From Longimicrobiales bacterium (lineage in GTDB: Bacteria; Gemmatimonadota; Gemmatimonadetes; Longimicrobiales; Gaopeijiaceae), in assembly GCA_965249725.1 (NCBI GenBank), contig OZ252251.1, forward strand, positions 608,001 through 672,000: a stretch of DNA of 64,000 bases, read 5' to 3'. Both the position numbers and the translations under genes were made by a program. Of the stretch, positions 1-10,329 are shown in pieces (the stretch's first letter is position 1; each line of letters begins with the position of its first letter). The notes beneath the pieces were generated by a model. It was not told the origin of the DNA and ran no database searches. It worked only from the letters and a program-made list of their open reading frames with translations.

Positions 1-1406
1 AGGTTACCGGCAGCCGGGTCCCAAAGCCGGTCGGCGCGCTCCAATCGCTTGCCGTCGGCCTGCCTCTGGAACCAGTAGAAGATGTGCATCGCGCTGTATG
101 AGCCGTTTCCGATGCCCGGCCGGTTGTGTCCTTCGTTCTGGGTGTACTGGATCGAGCCGTCGACGTCGAACCTCGGAGTCACCTGCACGCCGGCGTTCAC
201 GGCCAACTGCGTGCGCGCCAGCCCGTTGGCGGGAGGCATGCCCGTGGCGTCCAGCCGCAGCGCGGAGAACCGCACGTTGGCGCGGTCGCTTGCATGCGAG
301 ATCGCAAAGTTCGTCGTGACGTTGTGGCCGGTCTGGAAGTACTCCCGAACGTTCATGGGAGAATTGATCCACGGCTGCGGCAACCCGTTCGACCACCACT
401 GGGGGTAGAGGCGGCCGTCAAGAGGTGGACCCCAGCTCTCGTCCACGCCGTCGTTCACCCCGCCTCCCCGTCCGTCCACCCAGTCGTAGCCGTTGGGGTG
501 GTTGCCGCCGCCGTAGATGTTCTGGAAGCGGGGCACCCGGAGCGGCGTCTCGAAGATCACGTTCGTGCTTGCCGTGATGCGCGTGGTACCCAGCGCGTCC
601 TTGCCGGACTTCGTCACGATCTCCACGACTCCGTTCGAAGCGCGGGACCCGTAGAGCGCGGCCGCATTGGCGCCCCGGAGCACGGTCACCGACTCGATGT
701 TCGAGGGATCGATGTCCTGGCCCATGTTTCCGTAGTCGATACCGCTGCGGTTTCGGACTGTCGCGCCGCGGGTGCCCCCGCTGGACGCCGTCTCTCGTCG
801 GCTGTTGTTGATCGGCACGCCGTCCACGACGATGAGCGGCTCGTTGTTTCCGGAGATGGAGCTGACCCCTCGGAGGACCATCTTCGAGGTCCCACCAAGG
901 ACCGCAGGCGGGGTGACCATCAAGCCGGCCACCTTGCCGGCCAGTTGGCTGACGACGTTCGTGTCGCGTGTCTCATTCAGCTCGCTGCCGTCGACGCCCT
1001 GGACCGAGTAGCCGAGTCCCCGCTGCTCACGGGAGATCCCCAAGGCCGTCACCACCACCCCTTCCAGCTCCAGAGCCCCGATCTCGAGCTGGAAGTCGGC
1101 CGCCGCCGCCCCACCAGAGGACACCGTGACCTGCTGGTTCTGCGTGACGTATCCCAAGATCTGCGCCCGGACCGTCACCGTTCCGAACGGAACGCCGGAG
1201 ATGAGGAACCGACCGTCCTGGTTGGTCAGCCCCCCGATTCCCTGGCCCACAATGGACACTTGTACGGACTCCAAGGGCGCTTGCGTCGCCACGTCCAGGA
1301 TGCGGCCGGTCACGTTCCCGGTCTGCCCCAGAACCTGCGATGGGGCGGCCATCGTGACCAAGGCCAGGATGAAGAGTGGAATCGTCCAAACACTAAACCG
1401 TTTCAT
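1..1406 (-). CDS. SusC/RagA-family TonB-dependent outer membrane receptor (N-terminal part; runs off window start)
   Basis: Manual translation from ATG at 1406 (SD GGAGG upstream): MKRFSVWTIPLFILALVTMAAPSQVLGQTGNVTGRILD...VVVTALGISREQRGLGYSVQ...LRGVSSISGNNEPLIVVDGVPI...DIDPSNIESVTVLRGANAAALYGSRASNGVVEIVTK, typical SusC plug motifs. Not in ORF track because no stop lies in the window. Confidence 0.93.
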   Translation of the reverse strand, partial: MKRFSVWTIPLFILALVTMAAPSQVLGQTGNVTGRILDVATQAPLESVQVSIVGQGIGGLTNQDGRFLISGVPFGTVTVRAQILGYVTQNQQVTVSSGGAAAADFQLEIGALELEGVVVTALGISREQRGLGYSVQGVDGSELNETRDTNVVSQLAGKVAGLMVTPPAVLGGTSKMVLRGVSSISGNNEPLIVVDGVPINNSRRETASSGGTRGATVRNRSGIDYGNMGQDIDPSNIESVTVLRGANAAALYGSRASNGVVEIVTKSGKDALGTTRITASTNVIFETPLRVPRFQNIYGGGNHPNGYDWVDGRGGGVNDGVDESWGPPLDGRLYPQWWSNGLPQPWINSPMNVREYFQTGHNVTTNFAISHASDRANVRFSALRLDATGMPPANGLARTQLAVNAGVQVTPRFDVDGSIQYTQNEGHNRPGIGNGSYSAMHIFYWFQRQADGKRLERADRLWDPAAGN

Positions 1407-1698
1407 ACTTTGCCTCCTTGCGAAGTCATGCCGAACAGTCTTGACGGAATTCTGACGTTCATTACAGGTCATAAGCGGGCTCCTTACCTGGAGGTCGACG
1501 TGGTGCGCACGGAGAGGGAGCTGCTGCGCGTTTCACTGCACTGAGGACCCGTAGTCCTTTTCATCATGCCCTCCCACGGTGCTGCAAGGCCGGCTCTACC
1601 GACGACGAGCCGACGTACGGCCAATCATGCCCGTGACTCCCACGGGTTCAGGCGTCCAGCACCCCTCGAACTCGGGGCCGTTCAATCGCCCCGTCCTC

Positions 1699-2298
1699 CT
1701 AGTTGCCGCCCCAGCGGTAGCCGAATCCCACACTGAAGGCCGAGTCGAATTGGGCTTCGTCCAGGACGGCGTTGTTGTAGGTCCAACTGGTGGCGTCGAC
1801 GAAGACGAAGGCATTGGAGTCGAAGACGTAACGCACGCCGGCTCCCACAACACCGGTGAACTCGGTGACGTCGTAATTGTAGCTCGTCAACTCGCTCTGA
1901 CCGTTACGGTCGACGATGACGAGTCCTCCCCCGGCGTGGATGTACGGCTCGACTTGTCTGCCGGTCGCCAGCAGGATCTCCACACCTCCACCGTAGTACT
2001 GACGGTCCAGGGTCACTTCATCGCTGGAGCCTCCGGTCGCGTCGGTGCCCGACTTGGAGGTGTAGCTGGCGTCCCCCCGGATGGATATGCGCTCGTACAG
2101 CCCTAGCGTAATGCTGCCACCGAAGCGGACGCCCGATCCGTACGACACCGCGCGTTCCGCGTCGAAGTCCGCGGGGTTGTTGATGAGCCCGCCGTGAGCG
2201 GAGAGGGAGATGCTGCTCTGGGCTTCTTGCGCATTCACGGGAAAGGCCGCGATCGCGCTGACAAGTATTGCGAGAAAAAGTCTCCGTACCCCTGCCAT
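1699..2298 (-). CDS. Outer membrane beta-barrel (OmpA/porin-like) protein
   Basis: Signal peptide MAGVRRLFLAILVSAIAAFPVNAQ; amphipathic strands, EPYIHAGGG, GAGVRY, C-terminal SVGFGYRW. Confidence 0.8.
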   Translation of the reverse strand: MAGVRRLFLAILVSAIAAFPVNAQEAQSSISLSAHGGLINNPADFDAERAVSYGSGVRFGGSITLGLYERISIRGDASYTSKSGTDATGGSSDEVTLDRQYYGGGVEILLATGRQVEPYIHAGGGLVIVDRNGQSELTSYNYDVTEFTGVVGAGVRYVFDSNAFVFVDATSWTYNNAVLDEAQFDSAFSVGFGYRWGGN

Positions 2299-2487
2299 GG
2301 GGTCCTCCTGTCCCGTTTGGACGTTGGACTGTGGGTCAGCTGGAGGGTCCAGCTGCTCGGACAGACTCATGCGGAATCGACACCGCGCATCACTCATATT
2401 ACTCTGCCTTTGAGAAGTCAATACGTTCAAGCAGACGCGCAGGTTACAAAACCCGCGTGTCCCAACGACTCTGGGCCTACTATCAAT

Positions 2488-3906
2488 CTAGTAGCTACCG
2501 TCCTCCATGGTGGTACGGCGCTGGGAGCCTTCGGGCCCGTTATCCCAGTCCTGCGCGCTCGAGATATTGGGCATGTTCCAGTCGTTCCCGTTCCAGCTCG
2601 GGAAGCCGTCCATCTTGAAGGTGTATAGCCCGCTCACCATGTCGCTGACGACGATCAGACCGTCGGCGTTCCGCACGTCCACACCCCATGCGCCTAAGTT
2701 GACGTTCCCGTGCCCACGGGCCATGTGTGGGCCAGAGTAGGTATCGTAATAGGCGACGGTCCTGGGTTTGAACGGGTCGAACATGTTGAAAACCTGGAGA
2801 CCGTCCTCGTACGCGGACACGAACACGAAGGGCCAGCGCACCTCATGGTTGTGCGAGAGATTCTGATAGTCGGCCGTCCAGGCGCTGATGGCCCGGCTGA
2901 CCACGGGATTCCCGCCTTCGGCCCAGGCTTCGCGGAGGTCGAAGAGCCTCAGCGGCTGCCACTGGCTCTCGATCTCGCCCACGACGAACATACCGTCGGG
3001 GGACGGCGTGAAGGTGTGTCCGCTGCTGACCCCGCGGACACCCGTGATCGACACCAGGAGCTCGGGGTTCGAGGTGTCCGTGACGTCGAACACGAAGTAC
3101 CCGCCCGTCCCGCCGGCCCAGAGCCGATCCTGCTGTGTAGCGGGGTCGAAACCGACGTAGTAGTCGTGCCAGCTGGCACGCCCGCCGCGCAGGGCCCAGA
3201 ACGGCGTCTCGGGCACCGGTACCTGGCCTACGAGCCCGTAGTCGGGATCTCCATCCAGGAACAGACCCAAGTCGTAGATATTCGCGTGCGGCCCGTTCGT
3301 GGTGGTGAAGAGCAGTGGCCGGCCGTCGGAGTGCTTGTAGGTGAAGATGTTGTGGAACCCACCGGGAGTCAGGGGAGCTCTGATCCTGCCCACCTCACGC
3401 ACGGTGGATGCATCGGGCAACCCGGTCACGTCGAAGACCACGGCTCCCAGATCGTTGTTGGGTCCGCCGGCCCCGAACTGCGTCGACTGGACGATGTAGT
3501 AGCGGTCCTCGTGCTTGAAGTACCTTCCGTCGAGCGCCCCCGAACCCTGGTGGAGCTCGGCGTTCTCGATCCGCCAGGAGTAGATCAGCTTAGGATTGGT
3601 CGGGTCTTCGAGGCTGACGATGTCCATACCGGACGGACTGAACCGCTTGGATACGTAAGCGTACGGCCGGTCCAACTCCTGCTCGACCTCGACGTCGGCG
3701 ACGTGGAGGAAACCGCCGAGAGGGATGCTCCCCAGATAGTGCATGTTGGGAGTACCCCGGTCGCCCGGAGGGAGCGGATCTCCCAGGTTCCCGTAGTTAT
3801 ACGGGTGCGGCGAGTCCTGACTCAAAGCACCGGTCGGCAGCACCGAGACGGCGATCCATAGCGCGCCAAGAACGAGTGAAACGTCGGACAAAACGGACCG
3901 TCTCAT
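2488..3906 (-). CDS. Secreted LVIVD-repeat beta-propeller protein
   Basis: Signal peptide; repeats GMDIVSLEDPTNP, VFDVTDTSNPEL, GLQVFNMFDPFKP; SD AAGGAGG upstream of ATG 3906. Confidence 0.75.
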   Translation of the reverse strand: MRRSVLSDVSLVLGALWIAVSVLPTGALSQDSPHPYNYGNLGDPLPPGDRGTPNMHYLGSIPLGGFLHVADVEVEQELDRPYAYVSKRFSPSGMDIVSLEDPTNPKLIYSWRIENAELHQGSGALDGRYFKHEDRYYIVQSTQFGAGGPNNDLGAVVFDVTGLPDASTVREVGRIRAPLTPGGFHNIFTYKHSDGRPLLFTTTNGPHANIYDLGLFLDGDPDYGLVGQVPVPETPFWALRGGRASWHDYYVGFDPATQQDRLWAGGTGGYFVFDVTDTSNPELLVSITGVRGVSSGHTFTPSPDGMFVVGEIESQWQPLRLFDLREAWAEGGNPVVSRAISAWTADYQNLSHNHEVRWPFVFVSAYEDGLQVFNMFDPFKPRTVAYYDTYSGPHMARGHGNVNLGAWGVDVRNADGLIVVSDMVSGLYTFKMDGFPSWNGNDWNMPNISSAQDWDNGPEGSQRRTTMEDGSY

Positions 3907-4406
3907 AAGCCCCTCCTTAATTTTCGTTCGGCCCCGATCCCGTGGGTACGGCATCGCGGCCGATGAAGTCTCGGTCTCAAGCGGACAAGGGCGAATGCAC
4001 GGTTGGGCCCGTGCATGTCTGTCCCCTCTCGGCGCGACGGAGCCGTGAGGACCTCGAACATACGGTGCGGATAGGCTCACGTCCAACCCGTCCTGCCCTC
4101 CCCCCTCGAATCCCCCGTTCTTAACCATATATTTCGACTCTTTATGAGGAGATGTGGTTGCTTCATGCAGTTCGGTTCAGCTCATGCCACCGGTGCTCTC
4201 ATAGACTCAGAGGAGAGGGTGGATCTCGGTCAGGGGGAGCTGTTTCGTAAGGGGAGGGAGGCGAGCCCGCACGGAGGAAGGGAGATCTCGACGGCGTCAG
4301 CGGTGTAGCAGGGATCGAACGTCGTGCTCTGCTCGGACCAACGCTATATTCTAGCCGCGTGTCAGAATAGACCAGGCATTATGCATCAGGAGATGTGCGA
4401 ACAGAC

Positions 4407-5090
4407 ATGAAGACCTATATGACTCAAACCGGCACGCTGGCCCTGACGGCGGGCCTCGTCGCTCCGTTCCTTTGGCCGACCCTCGGTCCCACGGCAGAGG
4501 CCGACCATCCGGCAACCGGGACGGTGCAGGGTACCGTGACTTTTGAGACTGTACCGGACGACGAGTTCTTCGAGATGTCGGACGCGGTGATCTACTTGTC
4601 CGGAGAGGGCCTGGCGGGCGCTCCGGCGGCGGCACGCACCCCCGAACAGCTGTTGCTGGACCAGATCGACTACACGTTCGTGCCCAGGGTGATACCGGTC
4701 TTGGCAGGGGACGTAATGTCGTTCCACAACAGTGACGACGAGCTCCACAACATCCATACGTACGCCAAGGGTCGGCGGCGGAATCGTAATTTCAATCGCG
4801 GCCAGCGACCCGGTTCGACGTTCACCGGCGTCTTTGCCAGACCCGACAGCGTTCGGGTGCTTTGCGACATCCACTCGCAGATGATTGCGCACATCCTGGT
4901 GCTCGAGAACGGATTCTTCACCAAGGTGAGCGACGACGGCACCTACTCCATCGGCAACGTGCCTCCGGGCCAATACGAACTCACGGCGTGGAGCGAGTGG
5001 CGCGGCGAGGTGAAGACCACCGTCGAGGTCGGAGACGGCCAGACGGTTACCGCAGACGTGGTCTTGCGGGACGCTGCAGGGGACCGCTAG
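4407..5090 (+). CDS. Exported cupredoxin-like / carboxypeptidase-regulatory-like domain protein
   Basis: Signal peptide; LDQIDYTFVPRV, HNIH, CDIHSQM, and C-terminal GTYSIGNVPPGQYELTAW. Confidence 0.8.
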   Translation: MKTYMTQTGTLALTAGLVAPFLWPTLGPTAEADHPATGTVQGTVTFETVPDDEFFEMSDAVIYLSGEGLAGAPAAARTPEQLLLDQIDYTFVPRVIPVLAGDVMSFHNSDDELHNIHTYAKGRRRNRNFNRGQRPGSTFTGVFARPDSVRVLCDIHSQMIAHILVLENGFFTKVSDDGTYSIGNVPPGQYELTAWSEWRGEVKTTVEVGDGQTVTADVVLRDAAGDR

Positions 5091-5111
5091 GAAACCTGAG
5101 CGAGAGCGCCG

Positions 5112-7451
5112 GTGCTGCCCATCCTCCTGAGTCTCCTGAGCGTTGTTCCGCTCAGCCAGCAAGCGGTCCAGTCCGCCTACGTCGGGACGCGTAGCGAAAC
5201 CGACGTCACGGTGCCGCGGCTCGAGCAGAGCGCGGATATCGATGGGGCGCTCGACGAGCCGGTGTGGGCCAGCGCGGCCGTCCTCACCGGATTCTCACAG
5301 TATGAACCGGTCGATCAGAGGCCGGCTGCCGACACGACTCAGGTTCTCGTCTGGTATTCGCCTACGGGCATCTACTTCGGGATCAAGGCGTTCGACGCCT
5401 CCGGTTCCGTGAACGCCACGCTCGCGGATAGGGACAAGATCGACGGGGACGATCACGTCCAACTCCTGCTGGACACGTTCGACGATCAACGGCAAGCACT
5501 GTTCTTCGGCGTGAACCCGCTCGGGATCCAGCAGGATGGGAACCGGACCGAAGGAGAGCAGGGAAGCGCGGGCCGGGGGGGTGGAAACCGAGGAACCGAC
5601 CTGACACCCGACTACGTGTTCGATTCGCGGGGGCGGGTCACGGACTACGGGTACGAGGTGGAGATCCACATCCCCTTCGAGAGCATCAGCTATCAAGGAT
5701 CCGACGTCCAGAATTGGGGCATCAACGTTATTCGGAAGGTGCAGCACTCCGGGTTCACGGACACTTGGACATCCACGAACCGGGGGGCGGCTTCCTTCCT
5801 GGCGCAGTCGGGGCGCTTGGTCGGCCTGCGCGACCTCACGCGCGGCACGGTCGTGGACTTCACCCCCACGTTGACGGGAAAGCTGGACGGCGCTCCCGAC
5901 GTCGACGACGCGTGGGCCTATGGCTCCGACGCGGAGATGGGAGGAAGTCTGCGGGTCGGCCTGAGCGCGAACCTCACCTTGGACGCCACCGTAAACCCGG
6001 ACTTCTCGCAGGTCGAGGCCGACGTGGGCCAGCTCTCCAGCAACGAGCGCTTCGCCCTGTTCTTCGCGGAGAAGAGACCCTTCTTCCTCGAGGGCATCGA
6101 CCGCTTCGACACTCCGAATCGACTCATCTACACGCGGCAGCTCCGCGACCCCGTGGCCGGCCTGAAGCTCACCGGCAAGGTGGCGGGCATGAACGTGGGT
6201 CTGCTCTCTGGTGTGGATGCGTCCAGGACGAACTCCACCGGAGGTGAATCGAACCCGTTCTTCAACGCCCTACGATTGAGACGGGATGTAGGGGGGCAGT
6301 CCACTATCGGCGTGGTGTATACCGACCGGGTCGTGGGGGACGACTTCAACCGGGTCGCGGCGGCGGACGCCCGCATGGTTTTCGGAGGGCTCTATACCCT
6401 GGCCGTCCAGGGAGGTGCGAGCTTCACCAGGAGTGGCGGTGCCACCGTAGACGCCCCCATCTGGGAGGCGAGCTTCCAGCGGACGGGACGCCGTGTTGTG
6501 CTGTCCTACCAAATCGCCGGTGTCCATCCGGACTTCGAGACCCAGGTCGGCTTCGTCAACCGACCGGGGGTGATCTCGACCCGAACCTCCAACAGCCTGC
6601 ACTTCTACGGAAAGCCCGGAGCATTCGTCGAGCGCTGGACGCCGTCGTTCAGCGCATTCGGGTGGTGGGCCTACCACGGGCTCTGGGACGAAGCCCCGGT
6701 CGAAACGAAGACGTTCTTTGCGAACGCGTTCCAGCTCCGGGGCGGATGGTCGCTCCGAGTGAACTACGGGTGGGAGAGCTACGCATTCGACGCCGATCGG
6801 TACGCCGACTACGGGGTCGTTCGCCCGTCGGCCGCCGGCGCCGACACGGTGTCCTGGACGCCTCCGACTCGAATCCAGGGTGTCCGAGGATGGATCCCGA
6901 GCATCACTACTCCCGAGTTCTCGTCCTTTTCGGGCAGGGTCAGCGCGAGTCTGTGGCGAGACGTGGGTTTCGCCGAGGCGAGGGGAGTCTGGCTGTTCCG
7001 GCCCAGCGTGACCATGAACTGGAGACCGACCGATCAGCGACGGCTGAACTTCCGATACAGCCAACTCACGCTCGACCGCCGCTCCGACGATTCGAACATG
7101 TCCATCGAGAGGATTCCGCGGCTTTCGCTGGAGTACCAGATATCGCGGTTCCTGTTCGTGCGGCTCGTCGGTCAGTACGCGTCCGTCAGGCGAGACGCGC
7201 TGCGAGCCGGAGACACCGATGAACCGATCTTCCTGTTCGACTCGGATAGCGGGGGATGGCTCCCCTCGGAACCGTTCGAGGAGAACGAGTTCACAGGAGA
7301 CCTCCTGCTGTCCTACCGCCCGAATCCGGGGACGATTCTGTTCTTGGGGTACGGAGCCACGCTCCAAGATCCCGATGCCTTCGAGTTCCGTCACCTGGAG
7401 CGCGAAGAGGACCGCTTCTTCATGAAGCTGAGCTACCTCTTCAGGCGGTAG
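5112..7451 (+). CDS. DUF5916 / CBM9-like domain outer membrane protein
   Basis: IDGALDEPVW, LLDTFDDQR, TVNPDFSQVEAD, FALFFAEKRPFFLEG, C-terminal FFMKLSYLFRR. Confidence 0.85.
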   Translation: MLPILLSLLSVVPLSQQAVQSAYVGTRSETDVTVPRLEQSADIDGALDEPVWASAAVLTGFSQYEPVDQRPAADTTQVLVWYSPTGIYFGIKAFDASGSVNATLADRDKIDGDDHVQLLLDTFDDQRQALFFGVNPLGIQQDGNRTEGEQGSAGRGGGNRGTDLTPDYVFDSRGRVTDYGYEVEIHIPFESISYQGSDVQNWGINVIRKVQHSGFTDTWTSTNRGAASFLAQSGRLVGLRDLTRGTVVDFTPTLTGKLDGAPDVDDAWAYGSDAEMGGSLRVGLSANLTLDATVNPDFSQVEADVGQLSSNERFALFFAEKRPFFLEGIDRFDTPNRLIYTRQLRDPVAGLKLTGKVAGMNVGLLSGVDASRTNSTGGESNPFFNALRLRRDVGGQSTIGVVYTDRVVGDDFNRVAAADARMVFGGLYTLAVQGGASFTRSGGATVDAPIWEASFQRTGRRVVLSYQIAGVHPDFETQVGFVNRPGVISTRTSNSLHFYGKPGAFVERWTPSFSAFGWWAYHGLWDEAPVETKTFFANAFQLRGGWSLRVNYGWESYAFDADRYADYGVVRPSAAGADTVSWTPPTRIQGVRGWIPSITTPEFSSFSGRVSASLWRDVGFAEARGVWLFRPSVTMNWRPTDQRRLNFRYSQLTLDRRSDDSNMSIERIPRLSLEYQISRFLFVRLVGQYASVRRDALRAGDTDEPIFLFDSDSGGWLPSEPFEENEFTGDLLLSYRPNPGTILFLGYGATLQDPDAFEFRHLEREEDRFFMKLSYLFRR

Positions 7452-7513
7452 TGACCGCGCCGCCACGAGTCCGGCATCGGACCCCCGAGGTCAGGCGGTG
7501 CCGCGCCTCTACC

Positions 7514-9274
7514 TCAGTACCTCCAGCTCGTGAGATCCGCTCCCGGAGGCGCCGCCTCCTGGATCCTCTCCAGAATCCGCGGCACGTACATCTGGTTGTA
7601 GCGGAGTCGTGAGAGTGCGTTGGGCCGGTCGTGGTCCCCGTTCCAGCAGTGACCTGCCCGAGGTTCGTAGCCCACGACTCCGCCGTAGTAGGGATCGGTC
7701 GTGCTCTCCAGGAAATCCTCCATCAGGTAGACGGCGTTGTTGAGGTACGAGTTGTCCATCTCACCCACGTAGATGTGGATCTTGCCTTCCAGCTTCGGAC
7801 CCAACGTCGCCCAATCCCGCTCGAGGATATGGCGTAGGTCGAAGTTCTCCCTCATGTAGCTCGCGACCTCTGGGTCGATCTCGCCCGTCATCTTATCCCA
7901 GACATGGCGCGGGTAGCCGTCTTCTCCGGTGGGCCCGAAGAGCGTCAGCCACACGTCGCGCTGACCCCCCGAGCGGCCCTTGGTGCCCAGGACCAGCTCC
8001 TTATGGTTCACGTCTTCGAGTGTGGTCGTGACCTGCCCGAGCGTCGTACGGCTGCGCGGTCGTGCCGTCCGCTTCCAGTCGGATTCAGGGTAGTAGGCGT
8101 TCTTGTCCTCGTACAGGTTCACGAGCGTATAGGCACGGAAATCTATCGGGTCTGGGCAAGCGGCGAACGCCCCGTTGTATTCGTCCGGATAGAACACCTG
8201 CACGGCCAGGGCCTCCCACCCTCCGGTCGACCCTCCATAGAGGAAGCGGGCCCAACCCTCGCCGATTCCCCGGAACTGCTCCTCGATGTGGGGGATCAGT
8301 TCGTGAGTGATGGCGTCCCCGTACGGACCCATGTTCTCCGAGTTCACGGCGTACGAGTCGTCGAAGTACGGCGTGGGGTGCTGGATCGAGATGATGATCA
8401 TTCTCGGGAAGTCAGGTCCGGTCCACTCCCTGTAGAACTGGTGGGCGTGCTCCTGCACGATGCGGTTGTAGCCCTCGAGGTCGAAACGCGCGCTGTAGTC
8501 GGGCGGTAGGTCGGCGTCCGGTGGGTCCTCCCGGAACCCACCGAAGTCGGCAGGAAAATGACCGTGGGATATCGCGAGCGGATAGCGGGCCTCCGGGTGT
8601 TCGTCGAATCCTTCGGGCAGTAGGACGTGTGCGCCGAGGTAGGTGGGGCGCCCCCAGAACTCGGAGAGCAGCTCGCTCTGCATACGGACGTGCTTTACGT
8701 ACTTCGTGTCCTCGGGGGGCAGGATCGGGGGGACCTCCTGGTCCATCGATATACGGATGGTCTCGTTCTCCCCCGGATCGATCCGAACGCGCTCGGGCGT
8801 GCTGTAGAAGTTGCCCGGCTTGCGTTCCAGATGCTGCCCTTCGCCCTTGTCGGGAGGCAGCTTCAAGACCCGCCCGTCACTCAGGTGGAACGTCTCGTAG
8901 CGGTTGAGGAGGGCCTGAATCCAGTAGTCGCCGGGTGGAATGTGTGTGAGGCTCTCGAGCGGGTACCCAAACACATCGGCATCGATGGTGGCCTCTTCGC
9001 CGGGTGCGAGACCGTCGGCGTCTACGCCGAACACGAGCTGGGTCTCGAGGCCGTTGCCGACCTGGAAGCGTGGCTCGGCGGCGTCGTTCTTCGATATGTA
9101 GAGGAGCACCCGTCCGTCCTGGGACTCGGCGCTGCGAACTTCGGGAAACGAGATGGCAAACTCGAGCCGGGTGTCGTCACGACCCTGACAACCGACGACA
9201 AGAAAACTCAACGATAGGCCGATGAGTGCGAGGCGGGGCTCGGGTGAGCGGCCGGGGCGGAACAGCCGGTTCAT
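7514..9274 (-). CDS. Lipoprotein alpha/beta-hydrolase (putative esterase family)
   Basis: Lipobox LVVGC; SELLSEFWGRP, GGSTGGW nucleophile elbow, QHPTPYFDDSYAVNS. Confidence 0.8.
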   Translation of the reverse strand: MNRLFRPGRSPEPRLALIGLSLSFLVVGCQGRDDTRLEFAISFPEVRSAESQDGRVLLYISKNDAAEPRFQVGNGLETQLVFGVDADGLAPGEEATIDADVFGYPLESLTHIPPGDYWIQALLNRYETFHLSDGRVLKLPPDKGEGQHLERKPGNFYSTPERVRIDPGENETIRISMDQEVPPILPPEDTKYVKHVRMQSELLSEFWGRPTYLGAHVLLPEGFDEHPEARYPLAISHGHFPADFGGFREDPPDADLPPDYSARFDLEGYNRIVQEHAHQFYREWTGPDFPRMIIISIQHPTPYFDDSYAVNSENMGPYGDAITHELIPHIEEQFRGIGEGWARFLYGGSTGGWEALAVQVFYPDEYNGAFAACPDPIDFRAYTLVNLYEDKNAYYPESDWKRTARPRSRTTLGQVTTTLEDVNHKELVLGTKGRSGGQRDVWLTLFGPTGEDGYPRHVWDKMTGEIDPEVASYMRENFDLRHILERDWATLGPKLEGKIHIYVGEMDNSYLNNAVYLMEDFLESTTDPYYGGVVGYEPRAGHCWNGDHDRPNALSRLRYNQMYVPRILERIQEAAPPGADLTSWRY

Positions 9275-9480
9275 GCTCTCACCTCCGATTGGCTGAGGTC
9301 GGGTAGACGTGCTCGAAGCGGGTCGGGGGACCATGAACTGTTATCCCCTTTGCCGCCCTCCCACAAGCGTCAGTGCCTACCCTCCGCCCAGTGCTTTCGG
9401 GGTTCTTGACCAGGCGCCCGCAGGCCGCAGATTGAACCGGCGAGTAACCTATCGACCGCTGAGCCCGTGGGAGGCTCCTG

Positions 9481-10329
9481 ATGAGATTTCGAAACCAACC
9501 CCGCCGCGGCCGATCCGGCCGCTTCGCGATATGTATCGAGACTGCTGTGTCTTCGATCCTGGTCTTTGGACTGTCGGCTTGTGGTGGGGACGCCGGCGGC
9601 GGAGCCGAGCGCACCCCTGTGGCGGAACAGCCGGCGGCGGGGGCCCCAGGTGGTGGCGACTCGGGCTACGCCGTAGTCACGGTTGACGACCCAGGTTCGA
9701 TCAGCGGCACCGTCAGCTTCTCCGGAGCCGTGCCCGCTCCCCGCAACGTGGCCGTTTCCGATGATGTGGAGGCGTGCGGCACTTTGGTCGAGGTGCAGGA
9801 TCTGGAGGTCGGCCCGGGCGGCGGGCTGGCGAACGCGGTCGTATCCCTTACGGACATCACCCGGGGAGCCCCCCTGGAGGCGTCGGCAGTTCCTCCCACT
9901 CTCGACCAGCGGGGCTGTCGGTTCTCGCCCCACGTCGTACTCGCGGCGGTCGATGAGGTCGTGGAGATTCTGAACAACGACCCCGTGATGCACAACGTCC
10001 ACACCGTGGCGTTCGACAACCGTGCGTTCAACCGAAGTCAGCCTCCCGCCGTGAAGAAGATCGACGCGAGCTTTCAGGTTCCCGAGAAAGTCCGAGCGAA
10101 GTGCGATATTCACGGGTGGATGAGTGCCTGGGTCGTGGTTGTCGACCACCCGTACTACGCCGTCACGGGCAGTGACGGAAGCTTTGTCGTCGAGAACGTC
10201 CCCCCCGGAACCTATACGCTGGAGGTGTGGCATGAGGCCTTGGGAGCCACCACCCGGACGGTGATGGTTACGGGCGGTGAGACTTCAGATGCGAGTGTGG
10301 AGTTGACGCAGGACGCGCCCCGACCGTGA
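9481..10329 (+). CDS. Lipoprotein with cupredoxin-like and carboxypeptidase-regulatory-like domains
   Basis: Lipobox LSAC; LDQRGCRFSPHV, HNVH, CDIHGWM, VPPGTYTLEVWHE; stop overlaps next start (GTGA). True start may be a little downstream. Confidence 0.8.
   Translation: MRFRNQPRRGRSGRFAICIETAVSSILVFGLSACGGDAGGGAERTPVAEQPAAGAPGGGDSGYAVVTVDDPGSISGTVSFSGAVPAPRNVAVSDDVEACGTLVEVQDLEVGPGGGLANAVVSLTDITRGAPLEASAVPPTLDQRGCRFSPHVVLAAVDEVVEILNNDPVMHNVHTVAFDNRAFNRSQPPAVKKIDASFQVPEKVRAKCDIHGWMSAWVVVVDHPYYAVTGSDGSFVVENVPPGTYTLEVWHEALGATTRTVMVTGGETSDASVELTQDAPRP

Noticed and set aside
126..1544. 472-aa plus-strand ORF
   Set aside because: Antisense shadow of the SusC-like gene; no recognisable motifs.
2710..3861. 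383-aa plus-strand ORF
   Set aside because: Antisense shadow of the LVIVD protein.
3907..4400. Long intergenic region searched for a second leader peptide or riboswitch
   Set aside because: Minus-strand frames give Pro-rich stretches but no good start codon or RAPP motif, and I could not recognise a riboswitch consensus.
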